64,000 bases of DNA, from assembly GCA_047495785.1 (NCBI GenBank), contig JBLDXI010000024.1, positions 558,001-622,000 on the forward strand, written 5' to 3'. The notes beneath the pieces were generated by a model that saw only the letters and a program-made list of their open reading frames with translations, made no database searches and was not told the DNA's origin. The stretch's first letter is position 1. Each line of letters starts with the position of its first letter. Below, piece after piece: positions 53,011-64,000 of this stretch. Made by a program: the position numbers and the translations under genes. The stretch is from Lepidodermella squamata (Eukaryota; Animalia; Gastrotricha).

Positions 53011-54331
53011 TTAAGCCACTGATTGCCATTTGAGGAGCAGAGAAGCAAGTAAGGCGGGTTGTTCAATAGTAACAGAGTGACCACACTCAGGAAGAAATTG
53101 AATGTCTCGAAAAGATGGACCCAGTAATCCTCGGAGGTATTCGCCAGCAGATTTATCGATGACCAAGTCATGCTCTCCCCATACAAGGAAAGTTGGGGTA
53201 GTTGTTAACGTGGGAGCAACTCGCTCCAGAATTCGTATATTTTCGTCTGTGAACAGCTCCTCATACACTGTAACATACAACATTATGATAATCAACTCGC
53301 TATTATGTTTTTGAAACTAACTCATCAAATAGTAGCTGTAGTTGCTTCGTCGGATGGCAGCAAGTCCTCTCATGAAATACTTGGATAAATTCAATGATTT
53401 ATATCTACAACAGCGATTTTAGCGGAAATAATATGGAATTATTATGCAGGTTACCTTATCCATTTAAACATGAGATGAACGTCGTCGACCGATTGTGTCA
53501 GGAAAATACACTTTCCAGTCTCCAGCATTTGCCAAAATTCGCTTTGAATAGGAGGTTTCACTAAACAAAAAAAGCTCAACTTTCATCTCGAGTTCGTGAT
53601 TATTCGCTTACTCGCTGGAGCAACAAGAACAAGTCGAGAGATAATGTGAGGAAGGCGTTGAGCTAGAACAGCGGCCAACGGCCCGCCAAGTGAAAAACCC
53701 ACAACGGTGCATGATTTTATATTCAGATTGAGAATCAGCTAAACACAATAATATATGTTGAATTCATTGAAAAATTAATAAATCCAGATCCTCTGACCTC
53801 TTCCAATGCTTCGACATAAGCTTCGAATGAAGGATTGCGAGGAGCAGTAGAGCCACCATGTCCTGGAAGATCTATCGCAACAATTCGATAATTTCGCGGA
53901 ATTTTCTACAAAAAATATTATGATCAAAAGAAAGCACAGGATTCAGATTTAAACCTTGCACACGGGCAGCCAGACGTCTTTGCTAGCAGTGAAGCCATGA
54001 ACGAGAACGAAAGTTTCCGCATGCGCGTTTTGGGCTTGATGTTTGCGAGAGTGCCCATGATTGTGTGGCTTCCTTTCAGCATAACATAATCGGCAGCGTC
54101 CCCATGATTTTTTCTTGGCATCGCCCACCCATTTATATCTCAGGCGAAATCCGTTGACAAGAAAAGTAATTCTGCGGCAGCGAATCGGATGAATTCAAGT
54201 ACAGCCAATTAAATAAAAACTTACCGAATCAAACCAAGAAGGAAGTATTTCGGCCAAAAATATAAAAAGCTTACGATAGCAGAGAACGTCCAAAACGTAG
54301 CAATCAATGGGAAGGGTGTAGCATTCCACAT
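53011..54331 (-). CDS. Alpha/beta hydrolase, ABHD6-like, multi-exon
   Basis: N-terminal TM then FWPKY, AIDLPGHGGS, nucleophile elbow GFSLG, VWGEHDLVID, ECGHSVTIEQP. Confidence 0.8.
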
Positions 54332-54837
54332 TATTTGTAATACATTGCAAAACTAAGACAAAACGATACACTTCATACGTTGTAACATTTCAAAAATTAT
54401 GAGCTATGAGCTATGGGAAGTAAGTATTAGGTAGAGCGTAGTAGGTATACTTATATAGAGTATTTAACATGCAAGAAAATTTCAGGAATGAACAACAGCG
54501 TCACTCACGGCCGATTTCAGCCTGTTTCAGTCTCAAGTCCCAAGTCTAAACAGCATAAGAAATAAGAGTTGAGCAGCTCTAACCTCTAATAATGGTACAA
54601 TAAACGCACTCAAGTAAGCTAGGCTTTGGGCTTTGGCAACGGGTGAGGTAAAAAGTTGCATTTTGATATTATTTTTTATGTTTTTTGGTTTTTTGGTTTG
54701 ACCTCAGTGAAACTTTACCATTCGTCTTTGACATGTCAATATACTCATCCGGTTTTCAAAATAATTTACAATTTTAAAACATTAAATTAATTTTTCAAAT
54801 ATTCAAATTCAAAATCGCGCGGGAAAGTTCCTGTCAT

Positions 54838-54866
54838 ACGTGGCAAGCCAGGATGAAGAGCCACGT
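54838..54866. promoter_or_regulatory. Pair of inverted ACGTGGC (XBP1/ATF6-type UPR) motifs upstream of MANF
   Basis: ACGTGGC at 54838 and GCCACGT at 54860, about 250 bp upstream of an ER-stress-inducible gene. Confidence 0.45.
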
Positions 54867-55106
54867 CTGAGAACTTCGTTTGACCGGTCTTTCTCGAACT
54901 TGAGTTATTTTGAATGGTTCCGAGGGCTTTAAATTCACTTCAAAAACCTTTCTCTTCAAGACAATTTAAGTTTATTTACCCTGCTTTATTTTTATGCAAT
55001 AATTATGCTTCAAATAGCCTGTGACTCAGCATAATCTTCATTGATATCAATATTGTTCTATGTCAGTCAATTGAAACTGCGATTTACTTAGAATTTAATT
55101 TATATT

Positions 55107-55826
55107 ATGAGAATGTCATTATTCCAAGCTTTTGTTGTTTTGACTTTGGCTCTGTGTATATCTACTGATGCAAAGAAAATCAGAGAAGGCGAATGCGAAG
55201 GTATGGTGCTTGAATTAGCTTCGGTAAACACGCTTAAAACCTGCATTTTACATATTTCCTTTCTAGTTTGCGTCAAATTTTTCGACGATTTCATTCAAGG
55301 CCTGGATAGTTCCGAGAAGGGTAACCAACAAGCCATCGAGCACAAATTTAAAGAAACATGCAAAAAAGCCCGCGGAAAAGAGGAGCGACTTGTAAGCTTG
55401 AATTATATTGACAAACTTATTGATTATATTCAACCCCATGCAGTGCTATTACATTGGCGGTTTAGAAACCTCCGCAACATACATTGTTGGGGAAATGTCG
55501 AAGCCGGTTAGCTGGGGAATGCCTGCGCTGAAAGTGTGCGAAAAGCTTGCCGACAAGGATTCTCAAATTTGCGAATTGCGACTTAGTGAGTTTCTGATAG
55601 AGGAATCCCTATTTTAATTACTGCTATTCTATTTTCAGCTGTCCAGAAAGACATATCTAAATTAGACCTCAACAAACTCAAAGTCAAGGACCTGAAGCAA
55701 ATCCTTAGCGACTGGGGTGAGGACTGCTATGGCTGCACCGAGAAAACCGAGTTTGTCAAGCGCGTTAAAGATTTGATGCCGACCTATGTTAAGAATGCCG
55801 ATGCGCCAGCTAACAATGAGCTGTGA
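55107..55826 (+). CDS. MANF: Mesencephalic astrocyte-derived neurotrophic factor (ARMET), 4 exons
   Basis: Signal peptide, [58 protein letters not shown]-like NNEL end. Confidence 0.96.
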
Positions 55827-56473
55827 TTGCTAGTCTGTTCTAAATCTGAGTGATGAATGTTAGTAATGATGTTCTACTCGATGCCTCACGGAAAATAAAC
55901 TAATATTATAATTGTATTTGCTCGTTCATGGAAAAACTTTGTTAATAAACGTTACGTTGTTCGCAAATATCACTTTTTCGGAAAATATATCAGACTGGAC
56001 GATTCTTTAGAGATGATCTTGTTAATTGGCATTGGCATCAGTTGAACCCCATTACCAGAGTGATATCTAACGGGCGTTATATTATGTAGGAATTATCACT
56101 GCATTGCTAGCTCATGTAACGTTGCGACGTAAGTTATCGTCATCGCGATATTTATTCAATTGTGTATCTCGGTGCTTAGCGAATCCAGTACTGAAGAATT
56201 CAATTGTTTTCGCTTGGTCTTTTGCTGTGACAATTTGTGATGAAAGCCTGTGGAATCTCTTGTATTTAAGCGACAATGAACCGAACCAAAGATTAAAATA
56301 AAATTGCGATTGCTGAATCGACTGAGCTTGTTTTATTTTAGCAAAGACTTGTTTGGAACAAGCAAGTGAATAGTATCTTTTAGATACAAGGAAATGTCAT
56401 CAGAAAATTCAATGCATAACTATCAGTCCATATAACCTGCCAGCTTGATATCAAAGAGTCGCAATAATGCGAT

Positions 56474-57808
56474 TTAAACGTTGACGACACGGCCGAGCTT
56501 TTGAATTCGATTCAAAATAAGATCACCTTGCTTGATGACAGTTTGATACTGGAAATTTTTGGTATCGGGACGAGTGGTCTCGACAATCATGTTCATCCGA
56601 TCGATTTTGCATGGCAAGCGACCAGCAGAGATAAAACGGCTAAGCTCACTGAAATGCAAACAATGCAATGAAATTATTATATCTTACAATCACACTACAC
56701 TTACTCATCGATAAAATCGGTAGAAACACCGAACGCCTTGGCCATGTAATCCAAAGTCAAGCTGCGGTACGATGAAAGAAGTTGGCTATAAGCCAAAATA
56801 CGAGCTTCGCGAATGTAATATCGGTAGTGCTCGCACAAATAGCGATCGTACTTCAAAATTTGCTCGACATCAGCTGAATACGAATACATAAAATTAGCAA
56901 ATATGTCATGAAAAATAGACGTAATAAAGCATACCAAGGCGCTTGAAGAACACATCGTATTGACTGTCGTAAAATGAATTCAAGAATTCACGAATCACCG
57001 GTAGTCCATGCAGCGCTTCGACGATTTCCGGATTGTTCTTGACTTTCTTACGGAAATCAGGACGTTTCAGCGATACCATGCCACACAAGACGGCGTAAGT
57101 AACGAATTTAGAGAAGTCCATCAATTCGTAAGAGGTAAAGGTAGCAACAGTGTCCAAGAAAAGGTCAGCAGCTGCCTTCAAATCACGAATAGCCATTGAA
57201 TATACGCCTCGGTAAACCTTAAGGCGATTTTTGCGGTCCCAATCACCGCCTTCATCAATCAAATCTTGAGCGATTTTCAAATTGCGCTGAATAAGGTCGT
57301 GGTCCATGTAGAAAAATCCGAGACGAAGTTGCAAGAACGCGAGATCGATGCGAGCGCCAACGGTTCCAGGTTTGTCAGCAACCAAACGCAGTTGGGTTAG
57401 TGCAGCTTCTTTGTCGCCAATCTTGCTCAAGTACTCGCCTTTCTTGAACAAGGCGGCACGAACTTCAGTATCGCCTTCATTTTGCGTAGCATCTTCGATG
57501 GCCTTGTCCAACTCGGCAATCCGAGTAGCGTTTGCCTGCTTCATTTTCGCGAGCAAATTTTCGTCTTTGGGCCAATGCAGCTCTTCGCACAATTGGACGT
57601 AGCATGGGGCCATGTCTGAATATAATAAGTGACAATTATTATTCACACTTTCTAATAAAAATTTACCGTCTCTGGTGATGAGCTCCAAAATTTTTGCTTT
57701 CATTTCCGCATTGTTCTTGAACTTGGCAGTGGCCAAGGCGAACTTGTAATGGGCAACTTCAAGATCCGGGATCTTTGGCAAGCCTTGGTCGCTTTCGTCG
57801 AGAGGCAT
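56474..57808 (-). CDS. PSMD6: 26S proteasome lid subunit Rpn7, multi-exon
   Basis: [58 protein letters not shown]. Confidence 0.97.
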
Positions 57809-58044
57809 CTTAATATTTTAAAATAACGTCTAAAATTAAACATGAAAGATCAAACAATTAGAAATTACCAATATCCGTTTGAAAGATTTACTACGAATAA
57901 ATAAATTAAGACTTAGAGTGAAACGTCACAATAATTTTCCATATCCACAAAAAAGAAGCACGGAAAGCAAGTCAGAATAAGCTCATATTGAAAATGATAG
58001 GCATAGGCTAAGCAATAAAACAATCTTTTTGATCACAAGTTATA

Positions 58045-60264
58045 TCAAGTGGGTTTTTCATCACTCTGCAAGGTTTCTTCGGGTTTGGTTTCATGTTGAC
58101 GGTCCAACTCTGCGATCGAAGACATTACAGCAGTAGCGCCGATTTCACTCGTCATTTGCTCAACCAAATGCAGTGTTTCAATAATGCTTTGAGCTGGATC
58201 GTTAGATTCAAAAACGTGGCAGGTGAAATCATTAGGCATATCGACAGAGGCTGAGACGAACGCGAACAACTTGCTGTTGTCTTGATGAGCAGTGGCGTGA
58301 ATAACACGATGGAGAGGATATCGGGCTTTAACCGAGGCATTGCTACCGTCCAACAAATATATTCCATCAGTAGCAATCAGCATATTAACTTCACCCATAC
58401 GGAAAATACCATGAATAGCGCGCGCTGCCAGAATTTGTTGAATAGTTTCACTCAAGAGATGATCAGTTATGTGGTTAAGACTCTCTGGCTGAATTCGCAC
58501 GGAGCCCACAAACCGAAGCGGATAGGTGTGCGCAAAAGAACTAACCGATTGAGACTTCTCATTTACATCTAAATTTTCCATATCATTAGTCGCGGCGCCA
58601 ACATTAGGGTCGCCCTCGCCGAAAGGATTTGCACGACCCGATGTCGCCCGGTTTCCCACTCCAAGCCAGCTTGGAAGTGGCGGGAATTCTTCAGAAGGAG
58701 ATGATAAATCGAACTGAATAGGAGCGTCCAGCATTGATATTGCACTTGAAGTTTCATTATTTTGGTCAGATACAGGCGTATGTGGTACGTGTTTAGGCGA
58801 GGATTCAACAAAGCTGCGACGAATTTGCGAGAATAATGATGGGCTTTGCTGAGCCGACTTATCATCTGGGGATGACGGTGAAGAGGGCAAATCCGAAGCC
58901 TCGGTACCTGCGATTCGATTAATGATGAAGATCCATTCGTCCCGATCCCGCTGATTTTCGGCTTGAAAATACACTTGCTTCTTTGATTTTTTCGCTATAA
59001 TCTCGAAAACGAATCGTCTGTCGTCGACATCAGCCGGCACAGCATGAACGTCACCTTCTGTCAAGTCTACCACCAAGGATGCGCCTGTTTCTCCATGTGC
59101 TTGCATCAACAGATGACCACTAGTCGGTTGGGCAATTACGTAACAACGAGACCAGTGGGAGATCAACATGGTGCGACTGCGGTGAAGTAAATATCCAGAT
59201 TTTTGGGTCGACGAGATATCTGGCACCTGTGGTAAATCTTCGGATGCATGTTCGGGATAATAAAGTCGTTCCGCTTGGTCTTCCAGAATAGGGATTTTCT
59301 GTGAGGCTGATACTATCTCGGCAGATTGAGATTCAGAAACGCTCTTGACAGTGGTCAGAATGGCTTGAATCAAATCATCCACGCCGGCAGTTGCAAATGA
59401 TTCATGACTGGAAGCTGCGAACAGTTTCTGAGTCGTTAGATAATTCAAGCTCGACTCTAGTAGGTGTATGGCTCGTTTGTGTTGTAGGAAATTCAAAGAA
59501 GAGAAGTAATGCAGAGAAACTTGGTGCAACTTTCTACGAGCAACGTAAACATCTTTGGAGACCAGCGACTTCTGCTTCTCATCCGAAGATTCGCGCTTCT
59601 TCGACAATTTCATATATTTCGCCAACGCGTCTTCATGATCAGCGCGAGCGGATGAATAGCGATCCCCCAGAATAGCCACATCTGGTTGGAAAGGTGAAAA
59701 TGTATATAACGGACTAAAAATGTAGACCCTCACCTTGGAGATCGGCCTCAACAAGTTTGGTGAGAGGGTATACGACAGAATCACTAAGTTGCGAGGAGAG
59801 CAAGTGACAATGAGAAGAAAGTTCATCAACATGGGTTGCAAAATGGCAGAATACTTCGCCGATCATTTTGCTGCCATTATCAAGGGTAAAATTCTGTAAA
59901 TGCATTATACATAGCATAAGCAAATGTGAGGCTGCTGGAACTCACCATGTCTTTGAAAACCCTCAATTGATGAGAGAGTTGCTGGTTTGCGAGCAATACT
60001 TCATTCTACAAGCGACAATAAACATTATCTATCAATGTGAAAAGGCTTCGTATCTCACATATGCTGCCGACACACGATTGTAAACCTTCAATAACGATGT
60101 AGCATAGTTACTTAGCACAGCTGTATCTTGCTGAAAAAGCTTCAGAAGCTGATCAACCTGAAAATGAATGCATTTAAAATGAATGCCAACATTTCCATAG
60201 TGTGTCCAACCTGGGGCGATGTATTGTACGCATCTTCCAAGGCCAAAGTAGCACCTATCTCCAT
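58045..60264 (-). CDS. APPL1: APPL adaptor (BAR-PH-PTB), multi-exon
   Basis: LEDAYNTSPQ start, BAR helices, PH domain (KSGYL..DVDDRRFVFEI..QAEN..EWI), PIQFD motif, PTB (LRFVGS..QILAARAIHGIFRM). Confidence 0.92.
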
Positions 60265-61724
60265 ATTGAACGTCTTCAGCGGTTTAAGAAACCTATGGCC
60301 TATTGAAGAAACACACATTTATAAAATATCGTGGAAGAAAATGCTGAGAAAAGGGAAAAAAGAAACGAAATGAGGTCGTGAGAGTATAAGAGCAAGCGCA
60401 TGCTGGCAGTACACCATGTCCCTCCTTGCTCTTTGTATTAGAAAAACAAAAAACCTGAGACCCAACATGAAGTAAGTATAATCGACAAGCGTTTTCGTAT
60501 TTCACGCGACCTGCGACCTGAGACCCGATCACGCGACTATGCCGCATCGATTATCAGATAATATACACAGGTTGGAATTTAAAACTTACCGGCAGTCTTT
60601 CTACATGACGGCAGCCCATGGTTGCTCTGCAAGAAGATTGACTTGAACTAGCATTCTTCTCACAGCGTGCGGACGCGACGACTGATTGCTGACTGCTTTC
60701 ATCCACACTTCCAAATCATTCCCGCGCGCCGGATAACTTCGCAGAAATCCTTTCCTTTTATTTTCAACGTTTGACTTGCCAGCGCAATTGAAATTGCGTG
60801 AAGTATCCATATAATATATTTATGCAATAAAATGCAAATTTAAAAATAGACGACAAAATCAAGTTCCCCGCTGAATCTGGCATCATCGGAACGTCATTTG
60901 GAAATGGGTCAAAATGAGCCCTTGGAATTCATTGCAATCTTGGATCTTGAATTGGAATGTATGAAAACTGGAGCGTTTATAATGTAGACAGAGTCGAAAT
61001 TCCATCCGATGGGCGATGAGACAGCAGATTTCATGAGCATGAATCAAAATAATATTTCCAAGTCCTTAAAATACTTCTCGAAGTAAGTAATTCTGACCTA
61101 CCCTCTACCCTGAACCTGAACCTTGAAAGTAGAAACTACTATAAACCCTTAAAGATGCTGAAAAGTAGTTCTCGGGCAATTTATGATGAAAAATCGAGAT
61201 TTCAATCTGAGTGAAACCTTTGATTTTTATAGGTTCTGTTCCTTTGATGCTTCGAACCATCTTGATGATCACCTGAAAATGATTTCACTATAGCTTGAAC
61301 TACCTACTTGATAGCAAGCGAATTGCTCTTATGCTTATTGGAAGCAAGTAACTACAAACTTCTTTAACGCTTATGCTTCTCAATGTTATTAGCAGCCTTT
61401 TAGGTTTTGCAAAGCTGGTTTGAAACAAAAGATATGCCTTGGCAGTGTATCAGTGCATATTTTGTCACAACTTCCCGGCGTCATTTCTTATTGCACTGAA
61501 TTCTGAACATTGCCACAAGTTTCGATTTATATTGGATATTAGTTGCAATAACTTCAGTAATTGGGTTACATTCGTGCTGAACAGGGTTCCTATAAATATG
61601 ATATCCCAAGTCAAATTTCCAAAGCTCTGCAAAGGTGCACTGATGAATATTTCTTCGGTAATTGCAAATAGTTTAACGCTCATAGCTCTATATTTTGTTA
61701 TAGGGTCATTTTATTACCACAACC

Positions 61725-62438
61725 ATGGCGCAAGATGACATTGTCGCGAAGTATCTGGCTTCTTTGTTTCCTCCGCACATTGTTCCAAGTACCACGAACC
61801 CCTACACACAATTTTACAACTCAAACATTGTTCCAATGTATCAATCTGCTCCCGCAAATGCATCTATTCTGCAGCACCCATATATTTATTCTGTTGTATT
61901 GCCATATCTTTCGCTGTTGACGTCGGGAAAAAACGAGGCGATACCAACTTCTGATGCTTCCACTCAAACCGATGATTCTTGTTTCGACTCAAGTTCCGAG
62001 ACTTCTAAGTCTAAAGTTATTGTTGAAGAGGACGTTGAGGAGCATTTTCGTAGATCTCTTGGTCTCAGATTTGCGGAATCTCCTGCTTCAAAGGTCTCAG
62101 TCAACGTCGAGTCAAATGGCCCCTCTAATGTCGCCGAGGATCCCCTTCAAAATTCAGGTTTGTCAGTGGTATCTCGCCACTCACTTCATATAATTAATTC
62201 AATGTGTTGGAAAATAGTACCTCCCGCCGTTCTTGACAGCGAAGACTCTTCTGTCGACGCAACAGCTCGTAAATCTTTCAAGCGCAAGCAGGGCGATCCT
62301 TTAATTGTTACATCCGCCAAGCGACCGGCTCCAGCCCCGAGTGCCGTTTATGAAGTTTCGGATGTAGATGATCACTTCAAAAAAGCCCTCGGAAACAAAT
62401 GGGCAGATGATACGCAAGCAGACGTGAGTACAAAATGA
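61725..62438 (+). CDS. VGLL4: Vestigial-like 4/Tgi-like TEAD cofactor with two Tondu motifs (probable intron about 62158-62218)
   Basis: DVEEHFRRSLG and DVDDHFKKALG Tondu motifs. Confidence 0.8.
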   Translation: MAQDDIVAKYLASLFPPHIVPSTTNPYTQFYNSNIVPMYQSAPANASILQHPYIYSVVLPYLSLLTSGKNEAIPTSDASTQTDDSCFDSSSETSKSKVIVEEDVEEHFRRSLGLRFAESPASKVSVNVESNGPSNVAEDPLQNSGLSVVSRHSLHIINSMCWKIVPPAVLDSEDSSVDATARKSFKRKQGDPLIVTSAKRPAPAPSAVYEVSDVDDHFKKALGNKWADDTQADVSTK

Positions 62439-62919
62439 ACATTTTGACATTTTGGCTTTCATGAGATTCCATGACAAGAGTTAACATCGACGGAGTTTTT
62501 AATATTTATTTTGAACAATTGTTGTATTGCCTCCTTTTGGGCATGTTTGCTATGAAAATCGGTGGTGGTTAATACTGATATTACAACCGCAAAGTAAAGA
62601 GATTTCGTATTGTTAGTTTCGACGCTCATTTCTGTCACGTTGAACTTTCGAATATATGGGAATATTTTGACAGCATTATAAAATGCATCATGCAATTTCA
62701 AGTTGATTATTTTTTGTGCAATTTGATTAATCATGAAATACCGATGATCCACTATTACTGCTGTTGGTTGTGCATTATTTGTTAAATTGCAAGCTTAGTG
62801 GATTTGATTTAGTATTGAAAGCTATACTTCGTTTATGTGCAAGAAGATTTGTATTTTCACACCATAAAATTATTTGCATATATTTATGATGATTCCGATT
62901 TAATAGAAAATCTATTATA

Positions 62920-64000
62920 ATGTCTTCACAATATGACGACGTACCTATCGACATACACTACAACAAGTTGTTAGATTGGCTTATCAGCCGCCGTCATGCA
63001 TCAGCTGATTGGCACAAGTCGTTACTGGTAGCTCGTAGCCGCAAAGCCAAAGCATTATCTCTTGCTGAACTGAAAAACATCCCTGCCTTATCCCAACTGG
63101 CGACCATTGAAGGTAATTTGAATTTTCGACGACCTGTTTATAAATTTGATGAATTTGTTTGGTTACCAGATACAAGTTTGAGCTATTTTGATGCTTGCGA
63201 AATAGTGGAAACATTGAAAAAACTCGATTCCTACAACGCGACAAATGTATTGAGGCAATATACACATCCACTGACGAAGGTTCGTGTTGCATAGAAAATG
63301 AATTGTTGAATTCTATTTCATTGAGTTAGGCCTGGCAAGATGTTGTCGACGTATACACAAAGGACGGTGTCCATTTAGCCGAAGCAGCCCAGCTGATTTT
63401 GCGCAACGTCAACTATGAAATGCCAGCTTTGCGTAAGCAACTCGCGAAAATCGAACAGGACCAACAGGATTGTTTGCGAAAACAAGCCGATTGTCAGCGG
63501 CAGGCAAAACTGAGCGCTGAAAAATATGCAGCTACCTGCAGCCAACTTGGAATTGAGGTATGCCTTCATTCCAGCTGGTGGATTCTCAGTAAAATATTTT
63601 GTAACAGGGTCGTAATCCGCGAGCCGAGTTGCTAGTGTTAGCTTCAGATCTTTCAAATGACCTTGGTACTATCGAGCAGCAAGTGAAATTGTTGACCCCG
63701 GCTTTGAATTTTTACGGCGAATTCGTCAAATTTCTTCTGAAAAAGTGTGTTTTTCGAGTAAATTTACTTGTAAATCGAGTATATTGATTGTGGTTTAGAA
63801 ATGATCTTCCATCTCCCTGGCTTCCTCTTTTGCAATACGTAACTTCTCACGGCAATACTACTGTTTACGAGTGGAGAACTGGCTTCGCTCCTGATGTCGT
63901 CCTTTCTCCAATGGCGATGCAAGCTCAGCAACCTGAATCCGACGCAAACGGCCAATCTGGCGATGACGGCGCCGACATTGATTGGGGCGACATCGGCATG
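62920..64000 (+). CDS. CDK5RAP3: CDK5 regulatory subunit-associated protein 3 (C53), 3'-partial
   Basis: PIDIHYNKLLDWLISRRH, LAEAAQLILRNVNYEMPALRKQ, GNTTVYEWRTG, IDWG motif at window end. Confidence 0.95.

Noticed and set aside
60601-60810. ORF with THAP-like YP..W..AV segment
   Set aside because: Lacks the C2CH zinc ligands; more likely a 5' UTR exon of APPL (donor GTAAGT near 60589).

Overview
Gene-dense eukaryotic (animal) nuclear DNA with mostly 45-60 bp GT-AG introns, so many real genes are split or missing in the ORF track. A motile-cilium gene (CFAP52) plus a Sec-containing selenoprotein K argue against a nematode; a small-genome invertebrate, probably spiralian, is my inference. About 22 protein-coding genes could be reconstructed by hand: FRMD4 (5'-partial), a Ly6/uPAR three-finger protein, CFAP52, SELENOK with UGA-Sec and SECIS, a PCTAIRE CDK, CHCHD4, CEP83, PKA-RII, CTTNBP2NL-like, uridine phosphorylase, an intronless secreted orphan, GNB5, a very divergent Cys-loop channel, SLC25A26, a small death-fold protein, ALG12, NDUFA5, MRPL2, ABHD6-like, MANF, PSMD6, APPL, VGLL4-like and CDK5RAP3 (3'-partial). 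Highlights: tightly packed same-strand genes with unpaired splice acceptors just before the ATG (operon/SL trans-splicing signature), candidate alternative first exons that remove the AKAP-docking domain of PKA-RII, a Cys-loop receptor lacking the acetylcholine-binding residues, the secreted orphan next to a pre-miRNA-like hairpin, a perfect 96-bp palindrome, a 54-bp piggyBac-like mini element and an unexplained ~520-nt self-complementary segment. Gene identities come from recalled family motifs, not database searches.
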